Below, in pieces: positions 17,916 through 26,998 of a stretch of 64,000 nucleotides of DNA (position 1 is the stretch's first letter; every line of letters starts with the position of its first letter). The position numbers and the translations under genes are program-made. This DNA is from a virus. Where the stretch lies: positions 54,923 through 118,922 of the IMG/VR virus record IMGVR_UViG_3300021404_000006; one strand, written 5' to 3'. A model generated the notes under the pieces. That model did not search any database. It was not told the DNA's origin and saw only the letters and a program-made list of their open reading frames with translations.

Positions 17916-18314
17916 TTAACCGAGGATCTTTACGAGCATCTTGCAGTCGCAGTGCTGGGGATCAGACGCAGGCTTATCGCACCAGCCGCTGTGCTTCGGG
18001 TAATCGGGGTGCAGTTTTCCGTAGATCTTCCAGCAGGTGCACAGCTTGTCGCTGTACCAGCGGTAGCCGGGCTTGCGCGTGCCCGTGTACGAGCGGTGCC
18101 GCCTGCATCCGGTCACGATGGTGCGCCTGGCGAACTCCAGCGTCACGTCGGTCCAGCCCTCGGTAGCATCGGCGTTGGTCGCCTCCACCCTGATAGCCGT
18201 GTGATCGTGCGATCCCTTGCAGTGGGCGAACATGCCGCTCACCGCGATGCGGTTGCAGTACTGGACCTTGCCGCTCGCCTTGGTTACCTTGAAGATCCTG
18301 TCGTCCTTAGCCAC
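17916..18314 (-). CDS. Cys-rich hypothetical protein
   Basis: 132-aa ORF in the operon. Confidence 0.6.
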   Translation of the reverse strand: MAKDDRIFKVTKASGKVQYCNRIAVSGMFAHCKGSHDHTAIRVEATNADATEGWTDVTLEFARRTIVTGCRRHRSYTGTRKPGYRWYSDKLCTCWKIYGKLHPDYPKHSGWCDKPASDPQHCDCKMLVKILG

Positions 18315-18555
18315 GGGTGGCCGCCGGAGGAGAGGGGTATGTCACGGGTGCCCAGTACTCTACGGAGATGTCGTCGTGGCCGCTCCAGTGATAGAAAGTT
18401 ACTCCGTCGAAGTAGCCCAGGTCCGCGTTGCCGTCGCCGTCGATGATCCATACCAGCTCACCGTCTAGCTTCGAAGGCGGCCCTGTCTTGCTCTTGGCTT
18501 CGTAGTCGAACGCGCGCCACTTGGGCCGGACGTTATCCGCCGTGCACATCAGCAT
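18307..18555 (-). CDS. hypothetical protein
   Basis: Overlapping ORF; PPSKLDGELVWI...VEYWAP. Confidence 0.6.
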   Translation of the reverse strand: MLMCTADNVRPKWRAFDYEAKSKTGPPSKLDGELVWIIDGDGNADLGYFDGVTFYHWSGHDDISVEYWAPVTYPSPPAATRG

Positions 18556-18775
18556 TCCCGTAGTCGTATTCGTTCACTGCCTTGTCCAGGTACTTCCGTA
18601 CTTCCTCAAGCGACGGCCTGACCGCGTTGAGCTGCCTGATGAATGCCCTGATGTGAGGCGGCATGTCGTTGGGAAGGTCTTCCATTCGCAGGCCGTAGCA
18701 GAAGATCAGCTCATGCACGCCGCCTTCGCAGTTAGCCTTCCATCCCAGGTCGGCGCTGTGCTCATACCGGGTCAT
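18533..18775 (-). CDS. hypothetical protein
   Basis: SD AAGGAGG; KANCEGGVHELIFCYGL. Confidence 0.6.
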   Translation of the reverse strand: MTRYEHSADLGWKANCEGGVHELIFCYGLRMEDLPNDMPPHIRAFIRQLNAVRPSLEEVRKYLDKAVNEYDYGNADVHGG

Positions 18776-18986
18776 CTTCATCTTCCTCCTTGTAGTAATA
18801 CGCATCGAAGAAACAGCTGTTCCACTGGCCTTTGATCTCGTAGAACTCCAGGTGCGAACTAGACTGGCCCACTACCATTTGCCGGATGGTATAAACCTTT
18901 CCTAGCTCCAGGACTTCAGCGGCTTGCGCGCGTTCTCGCTGGTAGCCAGCGTCGAACGTGACGCACTTGGCGTGGACTGGAAACAT
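18762..18986 (-). CDS. hypothetical protein
   Basis: SD AGGAGG; LELGKVYTI...WNSCFF. Confidence 0.65.
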   Translation of the reverse strand: MFPVHAKCVTFDAGYQRERAQAAEVLELGKVYTIRQMVVGQSSSHLEFYEIKGQWNSCFFDAYYYKEEDEDDPV

Positions 18987-18993
18987 GGTCCTC

Positions 18994-20985
18994 CTAGATA
19001 TAGATTTTCTGGCCGCCGAGGAACGACCGGACGATGCGCGGATCGCGCACCAGGTCACCCAGCTGGCCCGCCTTGTTCTTCATCAGCTCGCGCCACCGTG
19101 ACTCGATCGTGTTCACCGCCACGATGTCGATGATGCTCACCGGCTCTGTCTGCCCGGCACGGTGCAGCCTGTCCTCAGCCTGGTCGCGCTGCCAGAATGC
19201 CGGCGGGGACTCAAGGAAGACAGCGGTGTGGGAACGCGTGAGCGTCAGGCCCACGCCTCCGGCTACCACGTTGGCGCACAGCAAGTCCAGCTCTCCCGCT
19301 TGAAAAGCGTGGCGCGCGGCGTCTTTCTTCTTCGCGTTAACCTGCCCGGTTATATAGGCCACGCGGTAGCCTGCTTTCTCCGCGCGAGCCCCGGCCAAGT
19401 TGACCAGCTGGGTGTGCGGAGCGAAGCACAGGATAGGCTCGCCGCCGGACTCCTCCATGATCTGCATCAGCTCATCGATCTTCCAGCACGGCTCGCGCAT
19501 GGACACCTTGTAGTGCGGGATCATCTCGCCGTAGGTGAGGCTGCCTTCCTTTTCGTCCAGCACCATCTCGATTTCGACATCGCACGCGGAGCTGGCCATC
19601 TGGGTTAGGCGCTGCATCTGGGCGAGAGTGGACATGACAGGCAGCGGCTCATCCGTATCCGGAATGTGAGCCAGCATGTCCGCTTCCATTTCGTCGTAGG
19701 CCTTGCGGTAAGCAGCAGGGATTTCGACGGCGCGGGTGCTGTAGGTCTTGTCAGGGAGATCGCTCAGTACATCCCGTTTCGAGATGTACCGCATCGTGCC
19801 CTGCATCATGGTGTAGAACTCCTGGCGGTTTACTGTCGTCAGGCCTTCCACGTGAGGCTTGCCGTAGTCCCGGGGCGTGCGGTCGGAGTAACGGTAGGCG
19901 TAGCGCTCCTGGTCGGGGAAGCTGCGTACGTCCAGTACCGTGCTGGCCCGCCAGAAGCCGTTCACGTCACGGGTGATCGGGGTGCCGGACATGGGGAACA
20001 CGTAATCGACTACGCGCGCTATCTTCCCGGCCGCGCCTGACTGCTTCGTGGTGGTGTTGCAGAGTGCGTGCGCCTCGTCCATGACGATGGTCTTCGGGGC
20101 GAGGAAGTCAAGCAGCGGGGGCAGCACGTGCCGTTCGGAATCGATTGGCCGTATGATGCTGTAGCCCTTGGACGGCAGGATCTTAGGGCAGTCCTCGTGA
20201 CGCGGCATCCTCGCGCCCTTGACGCCGGCCTTTGCCTCATCGAACTGCTTCTGTAGCCGCCTGTTCCACTCGATCCGGTACCCGCAGCGCTCACACGCGC
20301 CTAGCTCGGGAGGCTGCATGTCCTGCCGGAAGACGTGCCAGCTCATCACGTACACCTGGTAGCGGGAGCTGAGCTTCCTGCGGTTCGGTCCCTGGTAACG
20401 GGCTACCGTCCAGCCGGGGAAGCACTTGCCTATCTCTTCCATCCAGGTGCCGCAGACAGAGGCGGGAGCGACTACGAATACGGGGAAGGGATCTAGGCCC
20501 CGCGCCTGTAGCTCCGCGATCGTCAGAAGAGCAGTAAAGGTTTTACCTGTACCCGCTGCGTCACCGAAGAAGAACCGCTTGTTCAGCGCGCCGACGTAAG
20601 CGCCGGACAGCTGGTGGGGCATCGGGGTACGGTCGATCGTACTCAGGTCGAATTTCAGGTCTTCAGGGTTCTGGTACTCCGCGAAGCGGCGCTCGAACTC
20701 GCCGGCGATCCACAGGTTGAGGTCAGGTTCCGGCCTCCACTTGAAGCCATGCCGTTCCGCGAGCGCCGCGAGCTGGGTAACCATCGCCCAGGTGAGCGGC
20801 AGCGACATCTCCCCGGTGCCGTCCTTGGTTTTCTTGGGGATAGCGGTGAGCTGGCACTTGCCCGGCAGCAGTAGTTGTCCGATCTCCCGTACCTGCCAGT
20901 CGCCGCCGATGACGCTGATCCTCATCTGGGCTTCGGAGCCTACGCGCCCCGTGAGGATTCCAACGTCGTACCGGCCGTCGTTCAT
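18994..20985 (-). CDS. SNF2-family DNA helicase
   Basis: DAAGTGKT, VVAPAS, MDEAH, SGTP, GGVGLTL, QAEDRLHRAGQ. Confidence 0.92.
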   Translation of the reverse strand: MNDGRYDVGILTGRVGSEAQMRISVIGGDWQVREIGQLLLPGKCQLTAIPKKTKDGTGEMSLPLTWAMVTQLAALAERHGFKWRPEPDLNLWIAGEFERRFAEYQNPEDLKFDLSTIDRTPMPHQLSGAYVGALNKRFFFGDAAGTGKTFTALLTIAELQARGLDPFPVFVVAPASVCGTWMEEIGKCFPGWTVARYQGPNRRKLSSRYQVYVMSWHVFRQDMQPPELGACERCGYRIEWNRRLQKQFDEAKAGVKGARMPRHEDCPKILPSKGYSIIRPIDSERHVLPPLLDFLAPKTIVMDEAHALCNTTTKQSGAAGKIARVVDYVFPMSGTPITRDVNGFWRASTVLDVRSFPDQERYAYRYSDRTPRDYGKPHVEGLTTVNRQEFYTMMQGTMRYISKRDVLSDLPDKTYSTRAVEIPAAYRKAYDEMEADMLAHIPDTDEPLPVMSTLAQMQRLTQMASSACDVEIEMVLDEKEGSLTYGEMIPHYKVSMREPCWKIDELMQIMEESGGEPILCFAPHTQLVNLAGARAEKAGYRVAYITGQVNAKKKDAARHAFQAGELDLLCANVVAGGVGLTLTRSHTAVFLESPPAFWQRDQAEDRLHRAGQTEPVSIIDIVAVNTIESRWRELMKNKAGQLGDLVRDPRIVRSFLGGQKIYI

Positions 20986-21011
20986 GCAGTTCCTAACACT
21001 TGACGCACAGG

Positions 21012-21080
21012 TTATATTCCGAGGATGCCGCAGACGATGCAGATGAGTACGGCTATCAGGATGAGGATGAAAATAAACAC
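21012..21080 (-). CDS. 22-aa hydrophobic microprotein
   Basis: GTG start; MFIFILILIAVLICIVCGILGI*. Confidence 0.45.
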   Translation of the reverse strand: MFIFILILIAVLICIVCGILGI

Positions 21081-21084
21081 ACCG

Positions 21085-21189
21085 TCAGAACCTGTCGAAC
21101 TGGAAAAAGAAGAACCACAGGATCATGGCCACGCCGACAATTGTCAATACTGAGAAGAATGCGATGAGAGCGGTACCCCACCAGGGCAT
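21085..21189 (-). CDS. 34-aa single-TM microprotein
   Basis: SD AAGGA; MPWWGTALIAFFSVLTIVGVAMILWFFFFQFDRF*. Confidence 0.6.
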   Translation of the reverse strand: MPWWGTALIAFFSVLTIVGVAMILWFFFFQFDRF

Positions 21190-21198
21190 GATGCTTCC

Positions 21199-21324
21199 TT
21201 AATGCTTTTCTCTGATGTGCTGATCGAGAAGGGTAGCAGCCTGGTCTTCCCAGTCGCACGGTTCGCTGACCCAATCGCACTCGTCGCAGTCAGCAACAAA
21301 GCGCCGGGTCTCGTGAACTGGCAT
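21199..21324 (-). CDS. 41-aa C2H2-like zinc-finger microprotein
   Basis: SD AAGGAG; CDECDW...LDQHIREKH*. Confidence 0.65.
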   Translation of the reverse strand: MPVHETRRFVADCDECDWVSEPCDWEDQAATLLDQHIREKH

Positions 21325-21334
21325 GATGACTCCT

Positions 21335-21403
21335 TTACATGTCGAAGATCGCGAACAGGCACCACGCGAGTACCGCGACGGCGAGAATTAGTGCAGCAAC
21401 CAT
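21335..21403 (-). CDS. 22-aa single-TM microprotein
   Basis: SD AAGGAG; MVAALILAVAVLAWCLFAIFDM*. Confidence 0.55.
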   Translation of the reverse strand: MVAALILAVAVLAWCLFAIFDM

Positions 21404-21506
21404 GATGACTCCTTAATGCTTGTCGAATTGAAGAAGGCCCCGGCCCTGGGAGCGTCATCTCACATTGTTGTGACAGGCCGGGACCTTCAGCTTTTAACCG
21501 CCGGGG

Positions 21507-22511
21507 TTAGCTGATCCCCTGAAGCTTAGCGAGAAGAGCTGCCTTCTCGTCGCTCATTGCCGGGGCCGGGGGCGGCGGGGGAGTGAAGGCCACCTCAGGA
21601 ATCGGCGCAGCCGCAGGGGCAGTAGGCGTCGTGAGGGACGGTGCGGTCGTCGTCGGGGCCAGCACAGGAGCAGCTGCCGCAGGAGGCGCAGAAACCGTAG
21701 GTGCGGCAGGCGGGACAGGAGCCATTTGCATCACAGACGTGACGGCCGGAGCAGCAACCAGGCTCGCAGGGGCCGGAGCAGGGACAGAAATGGCCGCAGT
21801 AGGGTCCACGCTGCCTGCCGGCATTGCGTACTGGAAGTCGTACAGCTTGGTCGCGTTGAAGCCGACCGTCCTGGATGCCTGTTCCCCGGCCGATATCATG
21901 ATCATCTGGGCACCCGCCTTAGGATATCCGGAAGGATCTCCGGCGGCTGTCATCGCACGCACGAGGTTATCGGTGACCGGACCCTTCTTGAGCCACAGGG
22001 AGGCAATGCCGTCAGGGAATACCTGGGTATGGGAGCCGTCACTGGAGCCGGTGACCTGGACCTTGACCACGAGCACGAGCTTGGGGCGGGTGAGGTCATC
22101 CTGCCCGTTCTTCTTGAAATACTGCAAAACGCCCTGCGGGGTCTTCTGGTGCTGCACGTCCGCGTTGGTCACGTCGGCCAGGACGGTCATCTGGAGCCAG
22201 GAACCCTGCGGCCTGTTGTTCTGGTTGAAGAACTTGCTGGTTACGGAAGGGCCGCCACCACCCGTGGGCTGGTTGAAGAAGTCTTCGAGGGTGCCGCGTG
22301 CGGCGATCTGCGGGGGAACGGCTGCCGCCTGCTGGAATCCCTGCTGAATACCCTGGGCGTGGGGAACTCCCTGCTGGAAAACAGGGGGAGCGGGAGCCGG
22401 AACAGGGGCGGGAGCCGGAGCTGCGGCGGCCTGGGTAGCGGCTATAAGGTACTGCGCAGCAGCGTTGGGGTCGATAGCGTTGAGCTGCGCGTATACGTTC
22501 TGGTCAAACAC
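21507..22511 (-). CDS. putative ssDNA-binding protein with Ala/Pro-rich extensions
   Basis: Beta-rich core in a replication cluster. SSB role is inferred from context only. Confidence 0.5.
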   Translation of the reverse strand: MFDQNVYAQLNAIDPNAAAQYLIAATQAAAAPAPAPVPAPAPPVFQQGVPHAQGIQQGFQQAAAVPPQIAARGTLEDFFNQPTGGGGPSVTSKFFNQNNRPQGSWLQMTVLADVTNADVQHQKTPQGVLQYFKKNGQDDLTRPKLVLVVKVQVTGSSDGSHTQVFPDGIASLWLKKGPVTDNLVRAMTAAGDPSGYPKAGAQMIMISAGEQASRTVGFNATKLYDFQYAMPAGSVDPTAAISVPAPAPASLVAAPAVTSVMQMAPVPPAAPTVSAPPAAAAPVLAPTTTAPSLTTPTAPAAAPIPEVAFTPPPPPAPAMSDEKAALLAKLQGIS

Positions 22512-22625
22512 GGTGCCTCATTCTGTTGTCTCGCTGGAAGATGATCTTGATTTGTCTGGATGATTTTCTCGGCTGGTAAAAGTAACAGCCAGGACTTCGC
22601 TTTTATTTCCTGTGCCTGGTACCTC

Positions 22626-22868
22626 CTAGTATACAGGTTCGGGCAGTTCTGCGAACGCCGAATCGATCTTCCCGGTTAGGTCTTCGTAACTGCTGCCACT
22701 GAACCATGCGTCGCCGCTGTGCTCACCGTAGGCACGCCACGGGTCTTCCATGGATTCCTGCCGCAAGCGCACGCGCCACAGCACGTAGCCCCTGTATTTC
22801 TGGCCACTTCCGGATGGTATTTCCGGCTGACCGTCCGGCCGGATGGCCGGCTCAGGTGTGTACTCCAT
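22626..22868 (-). CDS. hypothetical protein
   Basis: YRGYVLWR...SYEDLTGKID. Confidence 0.55.
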   Translation of the reverse strand: MEYTPEPAIRPDGQPEIPSGSGQKYRGYVLWRVRLRQESMEDPWRAYGEHSGDAWFSGSSYEDLTGKIDSAFAELPEPVY

Positions 22869-22914
22869 GCCGCACATGCTACCCCGCCGTACTGTCCGGA
22901 CAGATGCTCTTGAC

Positions 22915-22956
22915 AGAAATAACTCCCTGATCAACGTTGATCAGGGAGTTATTTCT
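22915..22956. terminator. perfect 42-bp palindrome, probable terminator
   Basis: AGAAATAACTCCCTGATCAACGTTGATCAGGGAGTTATTTCT just past the stop at 22967. Confidence 0.75.
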
Positions 22957-22966
22957 CCAGGTATGA

Positions 22967-25069
22967 CTACGCGTGCGCGATATCTACGTAAGCCGCGCCC
23001 CACCAGTCGGACGTGACAGACCAGTTGGCCGTCTGCGCCGATCCGGTAGCAGGCGCGTAGCCGCCCGCCGAGTTGCCCGCTCCGCTGCTGGTGTCCTGGT
23101 TCTCGATGAACTTGGAGACAACCGGGGACGTGGCCGAGGTAACGGCTGATCCGTTAGCCGCGAACTCGCCCATCAGGTCACTGGAGCTGGCTGCGGTGCC
23201 GGTAACCGAAGTGGTTGCCCCGCTGCCGTAATTCACGCCGTGGCCGGCGAAAGGCGTCGTCTGGTTAACTCCGGTGAAAGACTCCGACCCGCCGGTAACT
23301 TCCAGGACAGTTCCCGAGCAGCCGGTAACCGACGCGTTGATCGTGTTGGTTCCGCTGGGCGGGTTGGCGAGTCCCCAGACGGTGAGTACGCCCGCGTGCT
23401 GGTTATCAGTGTGAACGGCGGTGATCTCCGTCATGGATGTCGTGCCGTCCTTTACGACCGGCGCGCACCCGGCGTCGTTGTTGTCACCGATGGTGAAGTC
23501 CGCGACGATCGCCCGGTTAGTGCCGGACCCTACGACCTGCGTCCACGAGAGGCTGGTTGCGCTGGCGTGCTTACCGCCGCCCGTCGCGTCGAACGCCACT
23601 GACGTGCCGGCAGCAGAGGTGGTGAACGTCTGGTCGGACCCGTTGGTTGTGCCCGTGCCGTTGGTGGCGTTCAGCCGGTAGTGGTAGGTGGTGGAGGCAG
23701 CAAGCCCGGTGAGCGCTGCGGATTCGTTGACTGCTGAGCTGCCTGATCCGGCGCTCCCCGGTGAGGCGGGGGCCGTGCTGCCGTAGCTGGTGGTGGTTCC
23801 GTACTGGAACTGGTAGGTGGTGGACTGGCCCTCTGGGTTGACGTTGCCGTTAAGGGTTGCACCGCTGCTGGTAACGCCTGTCGCGGCGGTCGTGTTAACC
23901 ACGGGAGCTAGCGGTGAACTGGTGAGCCCGATCGTTACCCCGGCGGTAGTCACCGAGGACTCGTAGGCGCTGACCGCGTTCGCCTCATCGGTCGCAGTCG
24001 GGTCATGACTCAGCGACGTGTTCCCGGTGCAGGCGGTAGAGGGGTTGCACACCGGCAGGTAGTAGTCGGCGCGCTCCCACGCGGACCCGTTCCACCTCAG
24101 GTGCCCGGACGTGGAGTTAGCCACCCAGAGGTTGGGGCCAGACGTTGGGTAGGACGGGTTGTTCCAGGTGGAGAAGCCGTCTCCGTAGGAAACGTTTACC
24201 CTTGTGGTGCCGTCGTTGGCAAGGCCGTCGCTGATCGCGGTGTCGTTACTGAAGGTGATGTTAGAGCCGGTGTCTGCGGCGAACCCGGACCCGGCGTAGT
24301 TAACCGCCGTGTCGTTGTTCGCGTTCATGTACGAGCCGCTGATGTCCGCGAGGTCGAACGCGACGCCCGAAAAGCTGCTGCCGTCTCCCGAGTAGGGCCA
24401 GTCGCCGTTAACCAGGTTGTGGCTTACGTCTACAGGGCTGCCGCTGGCACCGTTTGTCTGTACCAGCCCGAATACGTCTTCCGAAACGGAGCTGCCGTAA
24501 TGACTGGTAATGCGGTTCCAGTCGATCACTCCCCCGGGAATGGTGATGTTCTCAGTGTGCACCGCGCCGGCCAGCCAGTCAGACTGGTTGTACTTGCCGA
24601 TGTCTGTGAAGTTGTTGTACTCAACCGTGAAGCCGCTGACCGTCGAGCCCTCGCCGTTGACGAGAATGCCCTGCGTGGCGTCCACCTCGTTGTGCGTGAA
24701 GCTGAAGGCAGCCGGGTTGTCCAGGTAAACCGCCTGCTGGTGAACGGGAGTGCTACCCGGGCTGGTAGCTGTGAACGTCGTGTTGGTGACGGTCAGGCTC
24801 GGCCTGGGGGAAGCGCCGCCCGCGACGCCGAGCCCGGCAGAAGTAATCGTTGCGCCGCTGATGGTCACGGCAGCCGAGGTGCTGATCGTGACGGCAGGGG
24901 TGTTTACGTCAGTGCTGGTGTAGCAGCCGGAGTATGTACCTCCCGTAGTGATCGTAATTGGAGCACAGGTAGTGGCATGTGCGGGCATCGCCGCGAAAGT
25001 AGCTATGCCGCCGGCCGTAAGCAGGAACCCTGCTCCGGCGGCGACAGCCCTTTTCTTGAGGCTTTTCAT
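22967..25069 (-). CDS. secreted parallel beta-helix (pectin-lyase-like) protein with FN3-like domain
   Basis: Signal peptide ...AMPAHA; beta-helix repeats; ATLNGNVNP...YQFQYGTTTSYG...LTGLAASTTYHYRL. Confidence 0.75.
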   Translation of the reverse strand: MKSLKKRAVAAGAGFLLTAGGIATFAAMPAHATTCAPITITTGGTYSGCYTSTDVNTPAVTISTSAAVTISGATITSAGLGVAGGASPRPSLTVTNTTFTATSPGSTPVHQQAVYLDNPAAFSFTHNEVDATQGILVNGEGSTVSGFTVEYNNFTDIGKYNQSDWLAGAVHTENITIPGGVIDWNRITSHYGSSVSEDVFGLVQTNGASGSPVDVSHNLVNGDWPYSGDGSSFSGVAFDLADISGSYMNANNDTAVNYAGSGFAADTGSNITFSNDTAISDGLANDGTTRVNVSYGDGFSTWNNPSYPTSGPNLWVANSTSGHLRWNGSAWERADYYLPVCNPSTACTGNTSLSHDPTATDEANAVSAYESSVTTAGVTIGLTSSPLAPVVNTTAATGVTSSGATLNGNVNPEGQSTTYQFQYGTTTSYGSTAPASPGSAGSGSSAVNESAALTGLAASTTYHYRLNATNGTGTTNGSDQTFTTSAAGTSVAFDATGGGKHASATSLSWTQVVGSGTNRAIVADFTIGDNNDAGCAPVVKDGTTSMTEITAVHTDNQHAGVLTVWGLANPPSGTNTINASVTGCSGTVLEVTGGSESFTGVNQTTPFAGHGVNYGSGATTSVTGTAASSSDLMGEFAANGSAVTSATSPVVSKFIENQDTSSGAGNSAGGYAPATGSAQTANWSVTSDWWGAAYVDIAHA

Positions 25070-25091
25070 GCTCCCAAGGTTAGCGTTGAAA

Positions 25092-26027
25092 TTACCTGGC
25101 TGCTGCTGTTCCCGGGCATCCCTTGACGTTCGGGTTGACAGCGGCATCTGGGCGGAAGAACGGGCAGTACTGGCAGTCCGCTTCGCTCGGGGTCGCCGGG
25201 ATCTGCCAGAAGTCCATCTCCTTGTTGACTACGAATACGGCAAGCTGCTCACGGATCTGCGTCTTCTCGATCAGGTACGCAACCGCCGCCATGTCCTCCG
25301 CAGTGATCACGTGCTCCCACACGTACATGTCGTCCATCGTGGAATGGGTACGCGGCCAGGACACCAGGCAGATACGGTCAACGCGGAAACCCTCGTGCAT
25401 GTAGCCGACCGCGTACAGGAGCATCTGCATGTAATAGTGGTGAGGGGGACCGTGCCTGCGGAGCTTGTCCCTGACTCCCTCGGACTGGCACTTGTGATCG
25501 TTCAGCGTGAAAGTCTGGGCGTCGTAAAGGTCAGCGGTACCGGGATGAGGACTTACCGTGCCGGGGTCGGGGGTAACGCGTTTCTCCGTGAACCAGCGGA
25601 TAGAGGCGTCTATGTTCAAGAGCCGGTTAGGGGGAGTGGTAGCGCGTACTTCCTCTATCAGCCGCTCCGCTTCCCACTTGAAAGCCTGTTCGAGAAACGC
25701 ATGGATAGCTGTACCGACAATAGACGCCCACGGGTCGTGCATATTATTAGTGCCGCTGGACCCAAGCGATACTCCAGCCATCTTACCGACAAGCTGGCGG
25801 TCGCATAGGTGCCCCAGTTCACTTGGCCCAAGATGCCTCTGCACATTTCGCGGGAGCCTGTCGGCGTAGCGTACAACGACTTCACGGAGTTCCTGACTGT
25901 AGCGCTGCGCCCATGCTGAGTTCCCGTTCATGGCGAGTACGGGAGACTGGACTTTATTCTGCTGGGACCAGGCGTCAAGGGAAATAGGGTTAGTCACGGT
26001 GGTCCTTAGGGCGGTAGGCGCATTCAC
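25092..26027 (-). CDS. Cas4-like / PD-(D/E)XK exonuclease
   Basis: LGPSELGHLCDR, GTAIHAFLE, GTADLYD, DHK, QMLLY, CQYCPF...C. Confidence 0.85.
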   Translation of the reverse strand: MNAPTALRTTVTNPISLDAWSQQNKVQSPVLAMNGNSAWAQRYSQELREVVVRYADRLPRNVQRHLGPSELGHLCDRQLVGKMAGVSLGSSGTNNMHDPWASIVGTAIHAFLEQAFKWEAERLIEEVRATTPPNRLLNIDASIRWFTEKRVTPDPGTVSPHPGTADLYDAQTFTLNDHKCQSEGVRDKLRRHGPPHHYYMQMLLYAVGYMHEGFRVDRICLVSWPRTHSTMDDMYVWEHVITAEDMAAVAYLIEKTQIREQLAVFVVNKEMDFWQIPATPSEADCQYCPFFRPDAAVNPNVKGCPGTAAAR

Positions 26028-26205
26028 ACTGAGGGTCTTCGCACGTGCCGTCAGGGGTGTCGTGCCAGTGGTTCCATTTATCGCACGCAGGGCATTCGCG
26101 GGATTTCGGCTCAGGGCGCGGGACTACGGCGTGCTGGCCCTTCATAGGCCCGGTGTACGGTTCGTCGTGTGCATTGCCGTTACGATCCCACCAGCGATTA
26201 GTCAC
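25990..26205 (-). CDS. small Cys/His-rich protein
   Basis: GTGA overlap; CPACDKWNHWH...CEDPQCEC. Confidence 0.6.
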   Translation of the reverse strand: MTNRWWDRNGNAHDEPYTGPMKGQHAVVPRPEPKSRECPACDKWNHWHDTPDGTCEDPQCECAYRPKDHRD

Positions 26206-26417
26206 CGGCTTGCCTCCATCACTGAACGCACGGCAAGCACTTCGTATCCCTTGAGAGCTGTGGACCATGCTGCCCGTGCTACCGCAGTCAGCTCGTCCCG
26301 TGCGTATACCTTCTCAGTGAAGGTCTTCTCTCCGTCTACGCTGACTTCGAATTCGATTGCAAAACGACGGAGGCGCGGGTCTTCCTCGCTGAACTGAGCA
26401 CGCTTAGGCCTAGGCAT
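26202..26417 (-). CDS. hypothetical protein
   Basis: SD GAGGA before ATG. Confidence 0.6.
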   Translation of the reverse strand: MPRPKRAQFSEEDPRLRRFAIEFEVSVDGEKTFTEKVYARDELTAVARAAWSTALKGYEVLAVRSVMEASR

Positions 26418-26467
26418 CGGTGTCCTCAACTATCATGCATATCACTAGCTCATTGCCTTCTGACAGG

Positions 26468-26905
26468 TCAATCACTGCAACCCCTTATGCCACGGTGCAC
26501 CCTGTTCTTCTGCACGCGCTTGAGTTCCCAGTAAGGCTCGCCCTTCTTCGCCCACTTGACGTAGGTGGCGGGGTCCTTGCTCTTCATCGACTCGGTGTCA
26601 ACCCGCCAGGCACCTTCCCTCGCGGAAAGGGTATAAGCAGGGTGCGCGCCGTAAGGGTCGGCGGGAATGTCGAACACGTCGGGAGTCTCAAGGCCGTTAG
26701 CGGCTGTGAATGCGGCGATCTCCTGCTGAATAGCCTTCTTGTGCTGAGCCAGGGTCTCTTCCGCTTCGCGCTTCCGCACTTCGAGTTCGGGCAGCTGGGC
26801 CATGAGCAGGGCGAGGCGGGAATTCTCCTCGGGCTCAACCTTCAGGCGAGTCTTTACCTTGGGCTGGGGTACTGCCGTGTCCTCAGTGGACGGTGGCGTA
26901 GTCAT
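26468..26905 (-). CDS. hypothetical protein (coiled coil, replication cluster)
   Basis: TATACT -10 lies 7 nt before ATG; 145 aa. Confidence 0.7.
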   Translation of the reverse strand: MTTPPSTEDTAVPQPKVKTRLKVEPEENSRLALLMAQLPELEVRKREAEETLAQHKKAIQQEIAAFTAANGLETPDVFDIPADPYGAHPAYTLSAREGAWRVDTESMKSKDPATYVKWAKKGEPYWELKRVQKNRVHRGIRGCSD

Positions 26906-26951
26906 GCTTCGGAGTATAACAGGCAATTAGGACACAGGGCTTAAACACAGG

Positions 26952-26985
26952 GAAAGCTGGCTACCAGTGACGGTAGCCAGCTTTC
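26952..26985. terminator. intrinsic terminator after the endolysin gene
   Basis: GAAAGCTGGCTACC-AGTGAC-GGTAGCCAGCTTTC with T-run. Confidence 0.75.
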
Positions 26986-26998
26986 TTTTTGCTACGGC

